A DNA stretch of 64,000 bases, taken from the IMG/VR virus record IMGVR_UViG_3300032307_000691, one strand, 5' to 3'. This document shows positions 1 to 7,732 of this stretch, in pieces. The stretch is from a virus. Lineage: Duplodnaviria > Heunggongvirae > Uroviricota > Caudoviricetes. The notes beneath the pieces are model-generated. The model saw only the letters and a list, made by a program, of their open reading frames with translations, made no database searches and was not told the origin of the DNA. Each line of letters starts with the position of its first letter. The stretch's first letter is position 1. The position numbers and the translations under genes are program-made.

Positions 1-165
1 AAGATTATTGGAATCTCATGGGACGGTAACATTATGAGTGAAGATATGGAAGGTAAGGAGATATACCTGAGATATCGGGATGTATCCTTAGAGAACTTAG
101 ATATGATGTTAGTATACCTTCGACGGGGAGAATTTTCAAAATCAGGGCTAACACTGTCAATTTAG
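1..165 (+). CDS. hypothetical protein, C-terminal fragment (gene begins upstream of window)
   Basis: Open frame from window edge to TAG at 163-165; the stop lies inside the first TTAGTTTGGCAA motif. Confidence 0.35.
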   Translation, partial: KIIGISWDGNIMSEDMEGKEIYLRYRDVSLENLDMMLVYLRRGEFSKSGLTLSI

Positions 166-173
166 TTTGGCAA
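162..173 (+). promoter_or_regulatory. TTAGTTTGGCAA junction motif, copy 1
   Basis: Exact 12-mer; contains TAnnTTTG (TAGTTTGG); 27 nt upstream of ATG at 200. Confidence 0.5.
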
Positions 174-199
174 TTTTATAAACAGTTAATTTTTAAATC

Positions 200-391
200 A
201 TGAAAAGAAATCAAATTTTAATTACGGTAATTGCTTGGGCAATGCAAGTGTTCTTATTCTGTCAAATCCCTGCGGATTTCACAACCAACACACTCTTGGC
301 ATTCATATGTATGGGGTTATTTTTCCTCGGGTGGTTACCATACTACATCTACTTCACGAAACAGAACCTGAAGGAAACAGGGGAGAATTAG
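200..391 (+). CDS. small membrane protein (63 aa, two hydrophobic segments)
   Basis: ORF track; ATG start; hydrophobic stretches; preceded by motif copy 1. Confidence 0.5.
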   Translation: MKRNQILITVIAWAMQVFLFCQIPADFTTNTLLAFICMGLFFLGWLPYYIYFTKQNLKETGEN

Positions 392-399
392 TTTGGCAA
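388..399 (+). promoter_or_regulatory. TTAGTTTGGCAA junction motif, copy 2
   Basis: Exact 12-mer overlapping stop TAG of 200..391. Confidence 0.5.
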
Positions 400-414
400 A
401 AAAATATTCTAGTA

Positions 415-433
415 TTTGTTTGGATATTCCAAA
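415..433 (+). promoter_or_regulatory. TTTGGATATTCCAAA box (plus-strand copy of the GAATATTC-type motif)
   Basis: tttgtttggatattccaaa; same core as the boxes upstream of minus-strand genes; 38 nt before ATG 472. Confidence 0.4.
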
Positions 434-471
434 TCAAATGAGTAATTTCGAACAACTAAACTTTTATAACT

Positions 472-1068
472 ATGACAAAATTTAAATTAGGTACTCAGGT
501 CGTTGTATCTGACCCTTGTTACACCATCCCTACTTGGTGTCAAATCATTGTAGAGAATGTTCTACCCGGTTACTATGAACCCCATGTCAAGAAAACTGAT
601 TTGGGAGATTGGGGTAATCGTATCGGAGCTCTACTGGCAATCCACGAGGATTACATAGGTAAGGAAGATGAATTGAATTTAACTTGGGTTGACCACGCTG
701 GTGAAGTTGGTGTGGATTCAGGTCAAGCTGGTATCTTCTCAAGAGAATCTTATCGAAACGATTCCATCACGGACCGTATTGGTTTGGGAGAAGGTGATAT
801 ATCTTTCTTCAAGGATTTCCCAAATGATGAGGAGGGACAGAAATGGTATACCCATATGGCGTCCCGTACACTTGGTGTATCACATTGGGGGATGTATGAC
901 GAGGGTGTAGTTTCATCATCAGGTATTGGGGACGGAGGATATGACCTCTATGTTCTTACCACAGAAGATGGGGTGGTAGTTGGTTTTTGTATCGATTACC
1001 TCATCGATGATGAAGGATTTATGTTCGATTTTTATATGGACCCATTAATTGTAACAGAACAGAAATGA
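472..1068 (+). CDS. hypothetical protein (198 aa)
   Basis: ORF track; ATG start; ATGA overlap with next gene. Confidence 0.6.
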   Translation: MTKFKLGTQVVVSDPCYTIPTWCQIIVENVLPGYYEPHVKKTDLGDWGNRIGALLAIHEDYIGKEDELNLTWVDHAGEVGVDSGQAGIFSRESYRNDSITDRIGLGEGDISFFKDFPNDEEGQKWYTHMASRTLGVSHWGMYDEGVVSSSGIGDGGYDLYVLTTEDGVVVGFCIDYLIDDEGFMFDFYMDPLIVTEQK

Positions 1069-1358
1069 GAAAAATAGTTTTCCCCCTAAGTGTGATGGTG
1101 ATGGGATTGATGTCATGTCAGTCCCACACATCCTTAGTTCAGGTTTCAGATTACACTGTAATGAAACAGGACTCAACAACATTATTCATTAAGGATTGTG
1201 AATTCGGTCGAACCATTTATAATTCTTGGCAATCAGGTGGTCCATATGTCCCCACGAAAACCAAAGTAGTTTTGGTGGATACCACTGAGTTCAAGAATTT
1301 GTGTGGCAAAGCGGAACCTCACAAGAGTTACCTCCCTCAGGTGACGACGAATCCGTAA
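1065..1358 (+). CDS. putative lipoprotein (97 aa)
   Basis: N-terminal signal with lipobox-like LMSC; ORF track. Confidence 0.5.
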   Translation: MRKIVFPLSVMVMGLMSCQSHTSLVQVSDYTVMKQDSTTLFIKDCEFGRTIYNSWQSGGPYVPTKTKVVLVDTTEFKNLCGKAEPHKSYLPQVTTNP

Positions 1359-1359
1359 A

Positions 1360-1371
1360 TTAGTTTGGCAA
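1360..1371 (+). promoter_or_regulatory. TTAGTTTGGCAA junction motif, copy 3
   Basis: Exact 12-mer directly after stop TAA of 1065..1358 and abutting ATG at 1371. Confidence 0.5.
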
Positions 1372-1814
1372 TGGAAACAAATGAACATGTAGTAACTCTT
1401 CAACCATCTCAGTGGATTAATGCCGGATGGTTCATCCTCCCTGTAGTTGCGGGTTACGTATACCTACCACTTGGTGGAGTCGCAGCTGTGGTAGCTCTAT
1501 ACAAATATTTGGAGGTGGCCACATGGAAGTACAACTTAAACATGAGGACCATAGAAGAAAAGAAAGGAGTCTTCAGTGTCTCTACTGAAGAGATTCAATA
1601 TTATCGAATCAAATCCATCATGGTAGATGAACCGTTATGGATGAGAATCTTTGGATTATCTATTGTACGTGTTGTGTCATCAGAACAGTACAAACCAAAT
1701 CTAGTTCTTTATGCAATCTCCAACGGGGAGTATGTTAAGAATCTACTTAGTGAACATGCATATGAGTGGAGGAAAGAACTTGGTATCCGTGATTACGACA
1801 TCTTTAATTCTTAA
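1371..1814 (+). CDS. hypothetical membrane protein
   Basis: ORF track 1365..1814 begins at TTG inside the motif; first ATG is at 1371; hydrophobic N-terminus. Confidence 0.55.
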   Translation: METNEHVVTLQPSQWINAGWFILPVVAGYVYLPLGGVAAVVALYKYLEVATWKYNLNMRTIEEKKGVFSVSTEEIQYYRIKSIMVDEPLWMRIFGLSIVRVVSSEQYKPNLVLYAISNGEYVKNLLSEHAYEWRKELGIRDYDIFNS

Positions 1815-1817
1815 GCA

Positions 1818-1991
1818 ATGGCAAGTTTCGAAAAAGTAGGTATTGACAAAAGTATCCTCCATGGATGGGTGAAAGCTCAGATGGAGAAGGTAACTTCAGA
1901 AGACGCAAAGGAAGTACTTGACGCTCTCTTTGAAGATTTCTATCTTGAGGAGGTCGATGAAACTCAGGACGGAGTCCCACTGTTCATTTAG
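1818..1991 (+). CDS. small acidic protein (57 aa), not in ORF track
   Basis: ATG at 1818 (MASFEKVGID...); stop TAG 1989-1991 falls inside motif copy 4. Confidence 0.35.
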   Translation: MASFEKVGIDKSILHGWVKAQMEKVTSEDAKEVLDALFEDFYLEEVDETQDGVPLFI

Positions 1992-1999
1992 TTTGGCAA
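1988..1999 (+). promoter_or_regulatory. TTAGTTTGGCAA junction motif, copy 4
   Basis: Exact 12-mer. Confidence 0.5.
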
Positions 2000-2039
2000 A
2001 TTAAGGGTTTACCTTCAGGTGACCCCGGTCATCCCGATT

Positions 2040-2050
2040 TTGCTTGGCAA
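2040..2050 (+). promoter_or_regulatory. TTGCTTGGCAA degenerate motif copy
   Basis: Variant lacking the TA; upstream of 2131 gene. Confidence 0.3.
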
Positions 2051-2110
2051 ATCGTTCTTTGAAATATTTCTCACAGATATTTGGAATTGTGGGTATTTCT
2101 TGTTATATTT

Positions 2111-2127
2111 TATATATAAATATATAT
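2111..2127 (+). promoter_or_regulatory. TATATATAAATATATAT box (T4-late-like TATAAATA core)
   Basis: AT box 4 nt upstream of ATG 2131. Confidence 0.35.
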
Positions 2128-2130
2128 TAT

Positions 2131-2331
2131 ATGGCAACTAAGAAAACAACCACAAGCAAAGTGACCCGTACTCCGGTTACCACCTATGTACCGGTGTCAC
2201 ATCACATTTACCATGACGGTACCTCGTACCGTGTACGTGTAAGTGTTAACGGAACTCGCTACAGCCAGAACTTCTCTAGTAAGAAGAAAGCAATGGCGTT
2301 CCGTAAGAGTTTGTTGTCCCCGACGGTATAA
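2131..2331 (+). CDS. small DNA-binding protein, AP2/Arm-type-like (66 aa)
   Basis: YRVRVSVNGTRYSQNFSSKKKAMAFRK resembles AP2/integrase-arm DNA-binding fold; internal ATG (MATKK) of ORF 2044..2331. Confidence 0.45.
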   Translation: MATKKTTTSKVTRTPVTTYVPVSHHIYHDGTSYRVRVSVNGTRYSQNFSSKKKAMAFRKSLLSPTV

Positions 2332-2355
2332 TATACCGAACAACTAATTCACCCA

Positions 2356-2394
2356 AGGACCTGTGAGAAATACTCATGGGTCCTTTTTATTTTC
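2356..2394 (+). terminator. rho-independent terminator
   Basis: aaggacctgtgag...ctcatgggtcctt hairpin followed by TTTTTATTTT. Confidence 0.55.
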
Positions 2395-2440
2395 GGGGGT
2401 TCACCTCCGACGGGACCTGAGATGGTAGAATTAGTTTGGC

Positions 2441-2452
2441 AAAATCGATGTT
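2441..2452 (+). promoter_or_regulatory. TTAGTTTGGCAA junction motif, copy 5
   Basis: Exact 12-mer. Confidence 0.5.
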
Positions 2453-2488
2453 CAACCATCGTTGTTCCAACAACCTTCGGGGGGAGAT

Positions 2489-2500
2489 TTAGTTTGGCAA
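2489..2500 (+). promoter_or_regulatory. TTAGTTTGGCAA junction motif, copy 6
   Basis: Exact 12-mer, 16 nt upstream of ATG 2516. Confidence 0.5.
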
Positions 2501-2515
2501 AAAGTATTTATCTAT

Positions 2516-3316
2516 ATGAAGCACAAAATGTATGACATAGTATCCGAAGCGGTTAAGGGGGAAGATAACATCAAGAAACTTAAAGAGATGATATCTTATC
2601 TAGTGGATTACAAAAGAAAACAAACCGACACATATAGATTAAGAACCTCAGTACTTGCTGAAAGAAGTGAAGGTTCGGATAATGGTGAACCATTCAAGGA
2701 AGGACCGTTGGTCCTGATGGGTATAGATTTATTCCAACCTGATTTGAACCTCATCAATGGGGTGTTAAAAGATTTGGGTCAAGATATCCAATCCAAAGGT
2801 TACGGGGATATGGAATGTGCGTTCTCCATACATGAAATCATGGTAGAGGTCGGAGGGGTTAAAGTAGATGTGATGACCCTTCTTCCAGCAAACATTAAGA
2901 ATGACCTTAAATATGAACACCCCACACTTCAGGAGGTTCTGTTAGGGGATAATATATTCGAACTAAATAACGATGTATTACCTAAGGTTTCAGAATCACT
3001 CTCCGAGTGGATTGTTAAAATCAAAAAGAAAGGGGTCATCGGTTACGAAGCGTTAAAGAGGGGTACAATTAATGGGGTGTCATACACCCTGTCCCCGAGA
3101 AGGGGTGAAACAGAAGTGACCCCTGAAATTCATGTTACCTTCGGTAAATTAAATCCGGGTCAACAAATCACCCCTAAGATGGTGTACCCCATAATTCATG
3201 TTCGTATTACGTCGGTATCCGACAGAGATAAGTTGTACGAAACCATGGATAAAATCACCGACAAGTACTATAAGATTACCGGTGGTAAAATGGAAATCAG
3301 TACCGGTTTAAGTTAA
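2516..3316 (+). CDS. hypothetical protein (266 aa)
   Basis: ORF 2462..3316 trimmed to first ATG after motif copy 6 (MKHKMYD...). Confidence 0.55.
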   Translation: MKHKMYDIVSEAVKGEDNIKKLKEMISYLVDYKRKQTDTYRLRTSVLAERSEGSDNGEPFKEGPLVLMGIDLFQPDLNLINGVLKDLGQDIQSKGYGDMECAFSIHEIMVEVGGVKVDVMTLLPANIKNDLKYEHPTLQEVLLGDNIFELNNDVLPKVSESLSEWIVKIKKKGVIGYEALKRGTINGVSYTLSPRRGETEVTPEIHVTFGKLNPGQQITPKMVYPIIHVRITSVSDRDKLYETMDKITDKYYKITGGKMEISTGLS

Positions 3317-3344
3317 GAATATAACATATATATTTATATATACA

Positions 3345-3372
3345 CCCTGTCATACGACGGGGTTTTTTTATT
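3345..3372 (+). terminator. rho-independent terminator
   Basis: ccctgtcatacgacgggg hairpin followed by TTTTTTTATTTT. Confidence 0.55.
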
Positions 3373-3611
3373 TTATAACGTTATAAACCTGATACATTTC
3401 CAAAAAAAATAAAATAGTGTTCGTGATTCACACACAGGACAATTCCCGTGGTAGTGTCACAAAGTGGGGAATAGTGGGAGAATCTGGTTTTGTAATACGC
3501 CCAGCTGGAAATATAAAGAAAATATCCGTATATTAGTATATATTTTTCACTACGACAAAAAATGTTCAGATAGTGGGGTTAAAATCGGGGGTTTTTTACC
3601 ATTAATTTGTA

Positions 3612-3806
3612 TTACATATCGGTCGGGGGTTCTTCGAACCCAACCGACGAGTAACTCATAACGGAGGGTAAACCGCTGTACTGACAAATTTCTTCTTCCC
3701 TCTTTTTAACCAGTAGTTCCTTTATATGGGGGTCAAAGTAAACACCATTATCTTCCATATCGGATAGAGGTCGGTGGAGCATGTATTTTGGATTTTCCAT
3801 GACCAT
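3612..3806 (-). CDS. hypothetical protein (64 aa)
   Basis: ORF track; first gene of the long minus-strand block. Confidence 0.35.
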   Translation of the reverse strand: MVMENPKYMLHRPLSDMEDNGVYFDPHIKELLVKKREEEICQYSGLPSVMSYSSVGFEEPPTDM

Positions 3807-3814
3807 ATAACAAA

Positions 3815-4141
3815 TTAAACTACAAAAGGTTCATCACAGTTCGGACATTCTGTAAGGGTGAGTAACTTATTCTTTCTAAACGACCATCCTTCCACCATGG
3901 GTAGTTCCTGTGGGGAGAGTTTTGAATATCCATCCATACATAATACTTCTCCATCTATATCATAGAACCTTCCCTTATATCTGGTTACTATATGGTTTTT
4001 CTCTTTGGAGATATATGGGGTACATCCTTTATACATCTTCTTTAATAAGAGGTGGAATCTATAGCAACCTCCTTCTGTATAGATGTATCTTATGTACCCA
4101 TCTGTATTTCTCAATTCTTCTATGAATGATTCTATATCCAT
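3815..4141 (-). CDS. hypothetical protein (108 aa)
   Basis: ORF track. Confidence 0.5.
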   Translation of the reverse strand: MDIESFIEELRNTDGYIRYIYTEGGCYRFHLLLKKMYKGCTPYISKEKNHIVTRYKGRFYDIDGEVLCMDGYSKLSPQELPMVEGWSFRKNKLLTLTECPNCDEPFVV

Positions 4142-4162
4142 CTTATACTTTATGGTATTATA

Positions 4163-4375
4163 CTATATGGTATTATTCTCTATAGTATCTTCATTATTAT
4201 TTAATCCTCTTACTCTTATATAATCCATTGGAATTTCTCTTCTTAATGACTGTCTTAATCTATTTGTGAACCATTCAACATCATTGGGATTTATTTCTCC
4301 TAAATTGATATTATATGCATTACCTTCTACAGTATCATCATTGATATATCCCCTGCCGAATTTGATATGTTTCAT
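4163..4375 (-). CDS. hypothetical protein (70 aa)
   Basis: ORF track. Confidence 0.4.
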   Translation of the reverse strand: MKHIKFGRGYINDDTVEGNAYNINLGEINPNDVEWFTNRLRQSLRREIPMDYIRVRGLNNNEDTIENNTI

Positions 4376-4387
4376 ATATGGGTTATT

Positions 4388-5776
4388 TTATATTAATTCA
4401 AGTTGTATTTGCATTGTTTCTTGTTTCCACCCGTTTTTTATTAATCTTTTTCTTACCAACCAAACCACATTCGTGGATACACCCGTTATTTTACGAATAT
4501 CCTTATTTTGTACATTTTTTTTCAATAATTTAATTACTTCGGGGTACTTTTCTTCATAATACTCCATAGTTTTCATATATTCTTTATATCTTAGTAATGG
4601 AGATAATAATTCCTCCCATTTTTCATTTTTTATTCTACAATAATATCCATTTGCATTTTCGTAAAAATCTTTTAATGTTTTATATTCGGATACCTTGTTT
4701 TTACATTGTTCATATGTGTATTTATTCTTTCCCCCACCCAACGAACCACCTTTATTACCGTTTAATATCTTCCAACCATTTTCTTTATATTGACGAATAT
4801 AACGACGTTCTTCATGAGATGCATCCAACATTACCAATTTATCGGTTAAAATCTTAAAATCGAATGATAACCCGGTACTCTCATGATATTCCCTAACTTT
4901 GGATGTTGAACCTTCACACAGGTGGTCGGTTTTTCTTTTCTCAGGATTGTAACTCAAACCAACATAAACAGAACCATCAGGGAATTCAAAAGAGTAAACG
5001 TATCTATAACCCAATGTTGGTAATTTTACCATATGGTCAAGCAACTCATACCACCCATTTCTATAAATGGTCGTTTTAGGTACGTGTGGTAATTCCTTCC
5101 TATTATTATATTTTAACGCACATTCTTTGCATCTCTCATATGTCCAATAACCCGATTTATTCTGTCTCCGTTCAAGAGTATCTAATAAATCTTTCCACCC
5201 ATGTCTGCGAATGTTATCATATAAACTGTAATCCTTCTCCCTTAACTCATAAAGAGATTTATATTTGGTAATCAATTCTTTACATTCATCATATGTTCTT
5301 GATGGAGTTGGTTTTTTATAGTTTGGAAAAAATTCCTCCAACCACCCATTTTGATTACAAACATTATACACGGGTCGATTATTTTCAAAAAGTTCACCGG
5401 GGGATTTGTACATCCCTGAAATACTCTGACATTTTTCATATGTAAATGATTCGTAATCCGCCCTTTCTTTAGGGGTTTTCCGATTCGGATAAAAATCATT
5501 TAACCAACCATATTTCCTAATTGCCTTAGATGCCCCCGGATAATCTCTACTTAGATATGTTATATTTTTATATTTTTTAGATATCTCACTACATTTATCA
5601 TATGACCAAATATCGGGCTCATCGTGATTTGGGTATTTAACAGGGAATAGGTCATCTAAAAGATTATTCTTTTTCGCAAACTTAAATGCTCCACTCCATT
5701 TATTCTGGAGTTCACTACGATGTTTACAGGTTTTCGAAACCTTTAACAACTCCTCGTATGTCCACGTTATCGGCAT
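4388..5776 (-). CDS. GIY-YIG nuclease-domain protein with tandem ~45-aa repeats
   Basis: YVYSFEFPDGSVYVGLS...KRKTDH...NGWKILN matches GIY-YIG; five N-terminal and one C-terminal repeat of the type W/Y-x-Y-E-x-C...KYK...NGW(L/Y)E(E/L)(F/L). Confidence 0.6.
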   Translation of the reverse strand: MPITWTYEELLKVSKTCKHRSELQNKWSGAFKFAKKNNLLDDLFPVKYPNHDEPDIWSYDKCSEISKKYKNITYLSRDYPGASKAIRKYGWLNDFYPNRKTPKERADYESFTYEKCQSISGMYKSPGELFENNRPVYNVCNQNGWLEEFFPNYKKPTPSRTYDECKELITKYKSLYELREKDYSLYDNIRRHGWKDLLDTLERRQNKSGYWTYERCKECALKYNNRKELPHVPKTTIYRNGWYELLDHMVKLPTLGYRYVYSFEFPDGSVYVGLSYNPEKRKTDHLCEGSTSKVREYHESTGLSFDFKILTDKLVMLDASHEERRYIRQYKENGWKILNGNKGGSLGGGKNKYTYEQCKNKVSEYKTLKDFYENANGYYCRIKNEKWEELLSPLLRYKEYMKTMEYYEEKYPEVIKLLKKNVQNKDIRKITGVSTNVVWLVRKRLIKNGWKQETMQIQLELI

Positions 5777-6141
5777 TAGAAGTGATAGTTGAATATCTTA
5801 CAGTATGGATTAAGGTTAGATAAATCAGGGAAGGTTACATCTCCAATACTATTATCATTTATATGGGATATATGGAGTTCAGTGAAATGTTCACAATACT
5901 TCTCATATGTTTTCTTCCCCCCGATGCACCAATCCACGTTTAGATTGATATTATCCCTTATATCAACAATTAGTTCCCTGTCCTTTAGTGTGGGTAGAGA
6001 TTGATATGTCCTATATCCCACCAGAAGTTTGGAATTCAAGGTTAATTTCCTGAAATGTATCAAATCATCAGGGTTCCTCCATAAAAGGTCCTCCCCGATT
6101 CCAATAAACCCGAGATTGTTTGTTGCGATGATTGCTTTCAT
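5776..6141 (-). CDS. folA: dihydrofolate reductase (compact, 121 aa)
   Basis: IIATNNLGFIGIGEDLLWRNPDDLIHFRKLTLNSKLLVGYRTYQSLP...CIGGKKTYEKY aligns with the DHFR N-terminal and GGxxxY motifs. Confidence 0.8.
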   Translation of the reverse strand: MKAIIATNNLGFIGIGEDLLWRNPDDLIHFRKLTLNSKLLVGYRTYQSLPTLKDRELIVDIRDNINLNVDWCIGGKKTYEKYCEHFTELHISHINDNSIGDVTFPDLSNLNPYCKIFNYHF

Positions 6142-6518
6142 TTCTTTTTGGATAGTTCCACCTTAATTCCTTTTATAAGGTATGAAGCGGTCATATAGTT
6201 TGTTGCCAATGGAATATTATATACATTACAGATACGTAATAACATATTCACATCCACCTGATGGGGATGAACATCCAATGGGTCAATAAAGAATAGAACG
6301 GCAGAGATTTCCCCGTCAGCAATCATTGAAGCAATCTGAGCATCACCACCCAACGGACCGGATTTTAAACAGTTTACATCCAATCCCGCATGTTCAATGT
6401 GTTTACCGGTAGTTCCCGTGGCAATTACATCCACCGTTTTGAAGAACTCCAACCTCTTCATGATGAACGCAACCATGTCCGCCTTCTTCCCATCATGAGC
6501 AATTACCGCAATTTTCAT
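6138..6518 (-). CDS. mgsA: methylglyoxal synthase
   Basis: MKIAVIAHDGKK...ATGTTG...SGPLGGDAQIASMIADGEISAVLFFIDPLDVHPHQVD...YNIPLATN aligns along the whole length with E. coli MgsA; catalytic His/Asp/His/Asp positions conserved; start trimmed to the internal ATG of ORF 6138..6566. Confidence 0.8.
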   Translation of the reverse strand: MKIAVIAHDGKKADMVAFIMKRLEFFKTVDVIATGTTGKHIEHAGLDVNCLKSGPLGGDAQIASMIADGEISAVLFFIDPLDVHPHQVDVNMLLRICNVYNIPLATNYMTASYLIKGIKVELSKKK

Positions 6519-6519
6519 A

Positions 6520-6741
6520 TTATTTATTTTTCCTCCATCCCCACGGTTCAGGTGCATTACTAGCAAGTGACGCTACATCGACATCTAATGTTTTATCATA
6601 AACAGCAACGTAAGAGTTTCCTCTTTGGGTATCAAGAGTTCTCTCAACTTCCTTTTCGGTATAGAGGGGTTCCAACTCAACCTCACCGTTCTTCCAAGAT
6701 TTCCATACATCGAAATCTTTTAGTTCTTCTAATGTAATCAT
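6520..6741 (-). CDS. hypothetical protein (73 aa)
   Basis: ORF track. Confidence 0.4.
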   Translation of the reverse strand: MITLEELKDFDVWKSWKNGEVELEPLYTEKEVERTLDTQRGNSYVAVYDKTLDVDVASLASNAPEPWGWRKNK

Positions 6742-7085
6742 ATTTCAATGTATGGATTGTCCTTTACAATCTCTTTAACATAGTTGTTTAGTTCTTCCTC
6801 AGTTTTAAAATAAACCGTTGATGAATAAGTTCTATCGTTCATATAGATGTCCACATGTGGTTGATAATAAACCTTATCATCTTCTATGTATTGATTTGGT
6901 TCATTGAAATCCTCGATGAAACATCTGAATTCACCCCAATGATATAGTGCGGGTTTCTTCTCGTATACCGGAATAAAACCATATTTGAATCCAACACGCT
7001 TTCGTTTCGTACCAATTCTGCTATTACGAACCTCGTGTTTGGGTTGTACCGATAATCGTGTGATGTTGTTCTTAAATAAAATCAT
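6738..7085 (-). CDS. hypothetical protein (115 aa)
   Basis: ORF track; ATGA overlap. Confidence 0.5.
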   Translation of the reverse strand: MILFKNNITRLSVQPKHEVRNSRIGTKRKRVGFKYGFIPVYEKKPALYHWGEFRCFIEDFNEPNQYIEDDKVYYQPHVDIYMNDRTYSSTVYFKTEEELNNYVKEIVKDNPYIEI

Positions 7086-7215
7086 TTCTTCTTTTTGGTG
7101 TTAAAGGTTTTCATGTTCTGTTTTATTCGCTCTCTACTTTCTGCAACCTTTTCAGGTGGTATTATCTCGTACTTTCCCTTGTTTATGATTTCAAAATTTA
7201 TTTTAACTCGTTTAC

Positions 7216-7434
7216 TCATAATCGTTGGTTCAGTTGTAAAGAATTACTTACAACTCTCATTTGTCGCACAATAAACACCATTAATGCCGCAATAAGGATA
7301 AACCCTGTTAAGGGCCACAGTAACGCAATTCCTCTTTGAGCAGGGTCATCCTCAATACCATCATGTGTCGGACCTACAACCCAATGGGTTACAAAGAACC
7401 CTATGATGTAGATTAGTAAAATAATTAGTATCAT
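7216..7434 (-). CDS. small membrane protein (72 aa)
   Basis: Two hydrophobic helices; ORF track. Confidence 0.45.
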   Translation of the reverse strand: MILIILLIYIIGFFVTHWVVGPTHDGIEDDPAQRGIALLWPLTGFILIAALMVFIVRQMRVVSNSLQLNQRL

Positions 7435-7440
7435 ACCTTC

Positions 7441-7719
7441 TTATTCTTCTAAATCTTCAACATCAATTTCATCCCCGACATTCACAAATAAATCTGCTTT
7501 ACATGAGTAAGCAATTTTATCTGCCAGTTCAACCAATTCGGCGTCCTCAACCTCATATGATTTCAAAAGTTCTCCGTCGTTAATACGGATATATGTTTCT
7601 GAACCTTCCCATCCTTCGTAGTAACGGACGGTGATGTCTCTTTCTCCGTCATTGACGGTAACTTCTATGGTCTCTGCCGACCAAATAACCCTTTGGGATT
7701 CTTTAACTGTTAGTTTCAT
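7441..7719 (-). CDS. hypothetical protein
   Basis: ORF 7441..7806 trimmed to an internal ATG to avoid overlap with 7733..8275. Confidence 0.4.
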   Translation of the reverse strand: MKLTVKESQRVIWSAETIEVTVNDGERDITVRYYEGWEGSETYIRINDGELLKSYEVEDAELVELADKIAYSCKADLFVNVGDEIDVEDLEE

Positions 7720-7732
7720 TTTGTTTTTGTTT

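Noticed and set aside
2131-2331. AP2/Arm-like DNA-binding ORF as evidence of an integrase or temperate module
   Set aside because: Only the small DNA-binding domain is present. There is no tyrosine-recombinase catalytic domain (R...HxxR...Y) anywhere in the window, so no integrase or mobile element is called.
162-2500. The TTAGTTTGGCAA repeats considered as a CRISPR array or mobile-element ends
   Set aside because: Spacing is irregular (about 50-970 bp). Each copy sits at a gene junction with coding sequence between copies, and there is no repeat-spacer regularity and no cas gene. They are interpreted as promoter or junction motifs instead.
2111-3343. 17-nt inverted copies TATATATAAATATATAT at 2111-2127 and its reverse complement at 3327-3343, flanking two genes
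   Set aside because: The sequence is low-complexity and nearly self-complementary, so an inverted match is expected by chance in AT-rich promoter or terminator regions. There are no target-site duplications or recombinase genes.
3618-3652. tRNA-like GGTTCTTCGAACC segment inside a long hairpin (atcggtcggGGGTTCTTCGAACCCaaccgacga)
   Set aside because: It resembles a T-arm superficially, but there is no complementary acceptor stem, D-arm or anticodon arm around it. It is more likely a plain extended hairpin at the 3' end of gene 3612..3806. No tRNA is called.
4266-4559. Opposite-strand ORFs embedded in long minus-strand genes (e.g. 4266..4559+, 4597..4857+, 9118..9390+, 10687..10983+, 13007..13282+, 24174..24411+, 35306..36322+, 37144..38010+)
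   Set aside because: They are low-complexity, hydrophobic or odd-composition translations lying entirely inside longer ORFs that have recognisable homology or operon context. They are treated as shadow ORFs.
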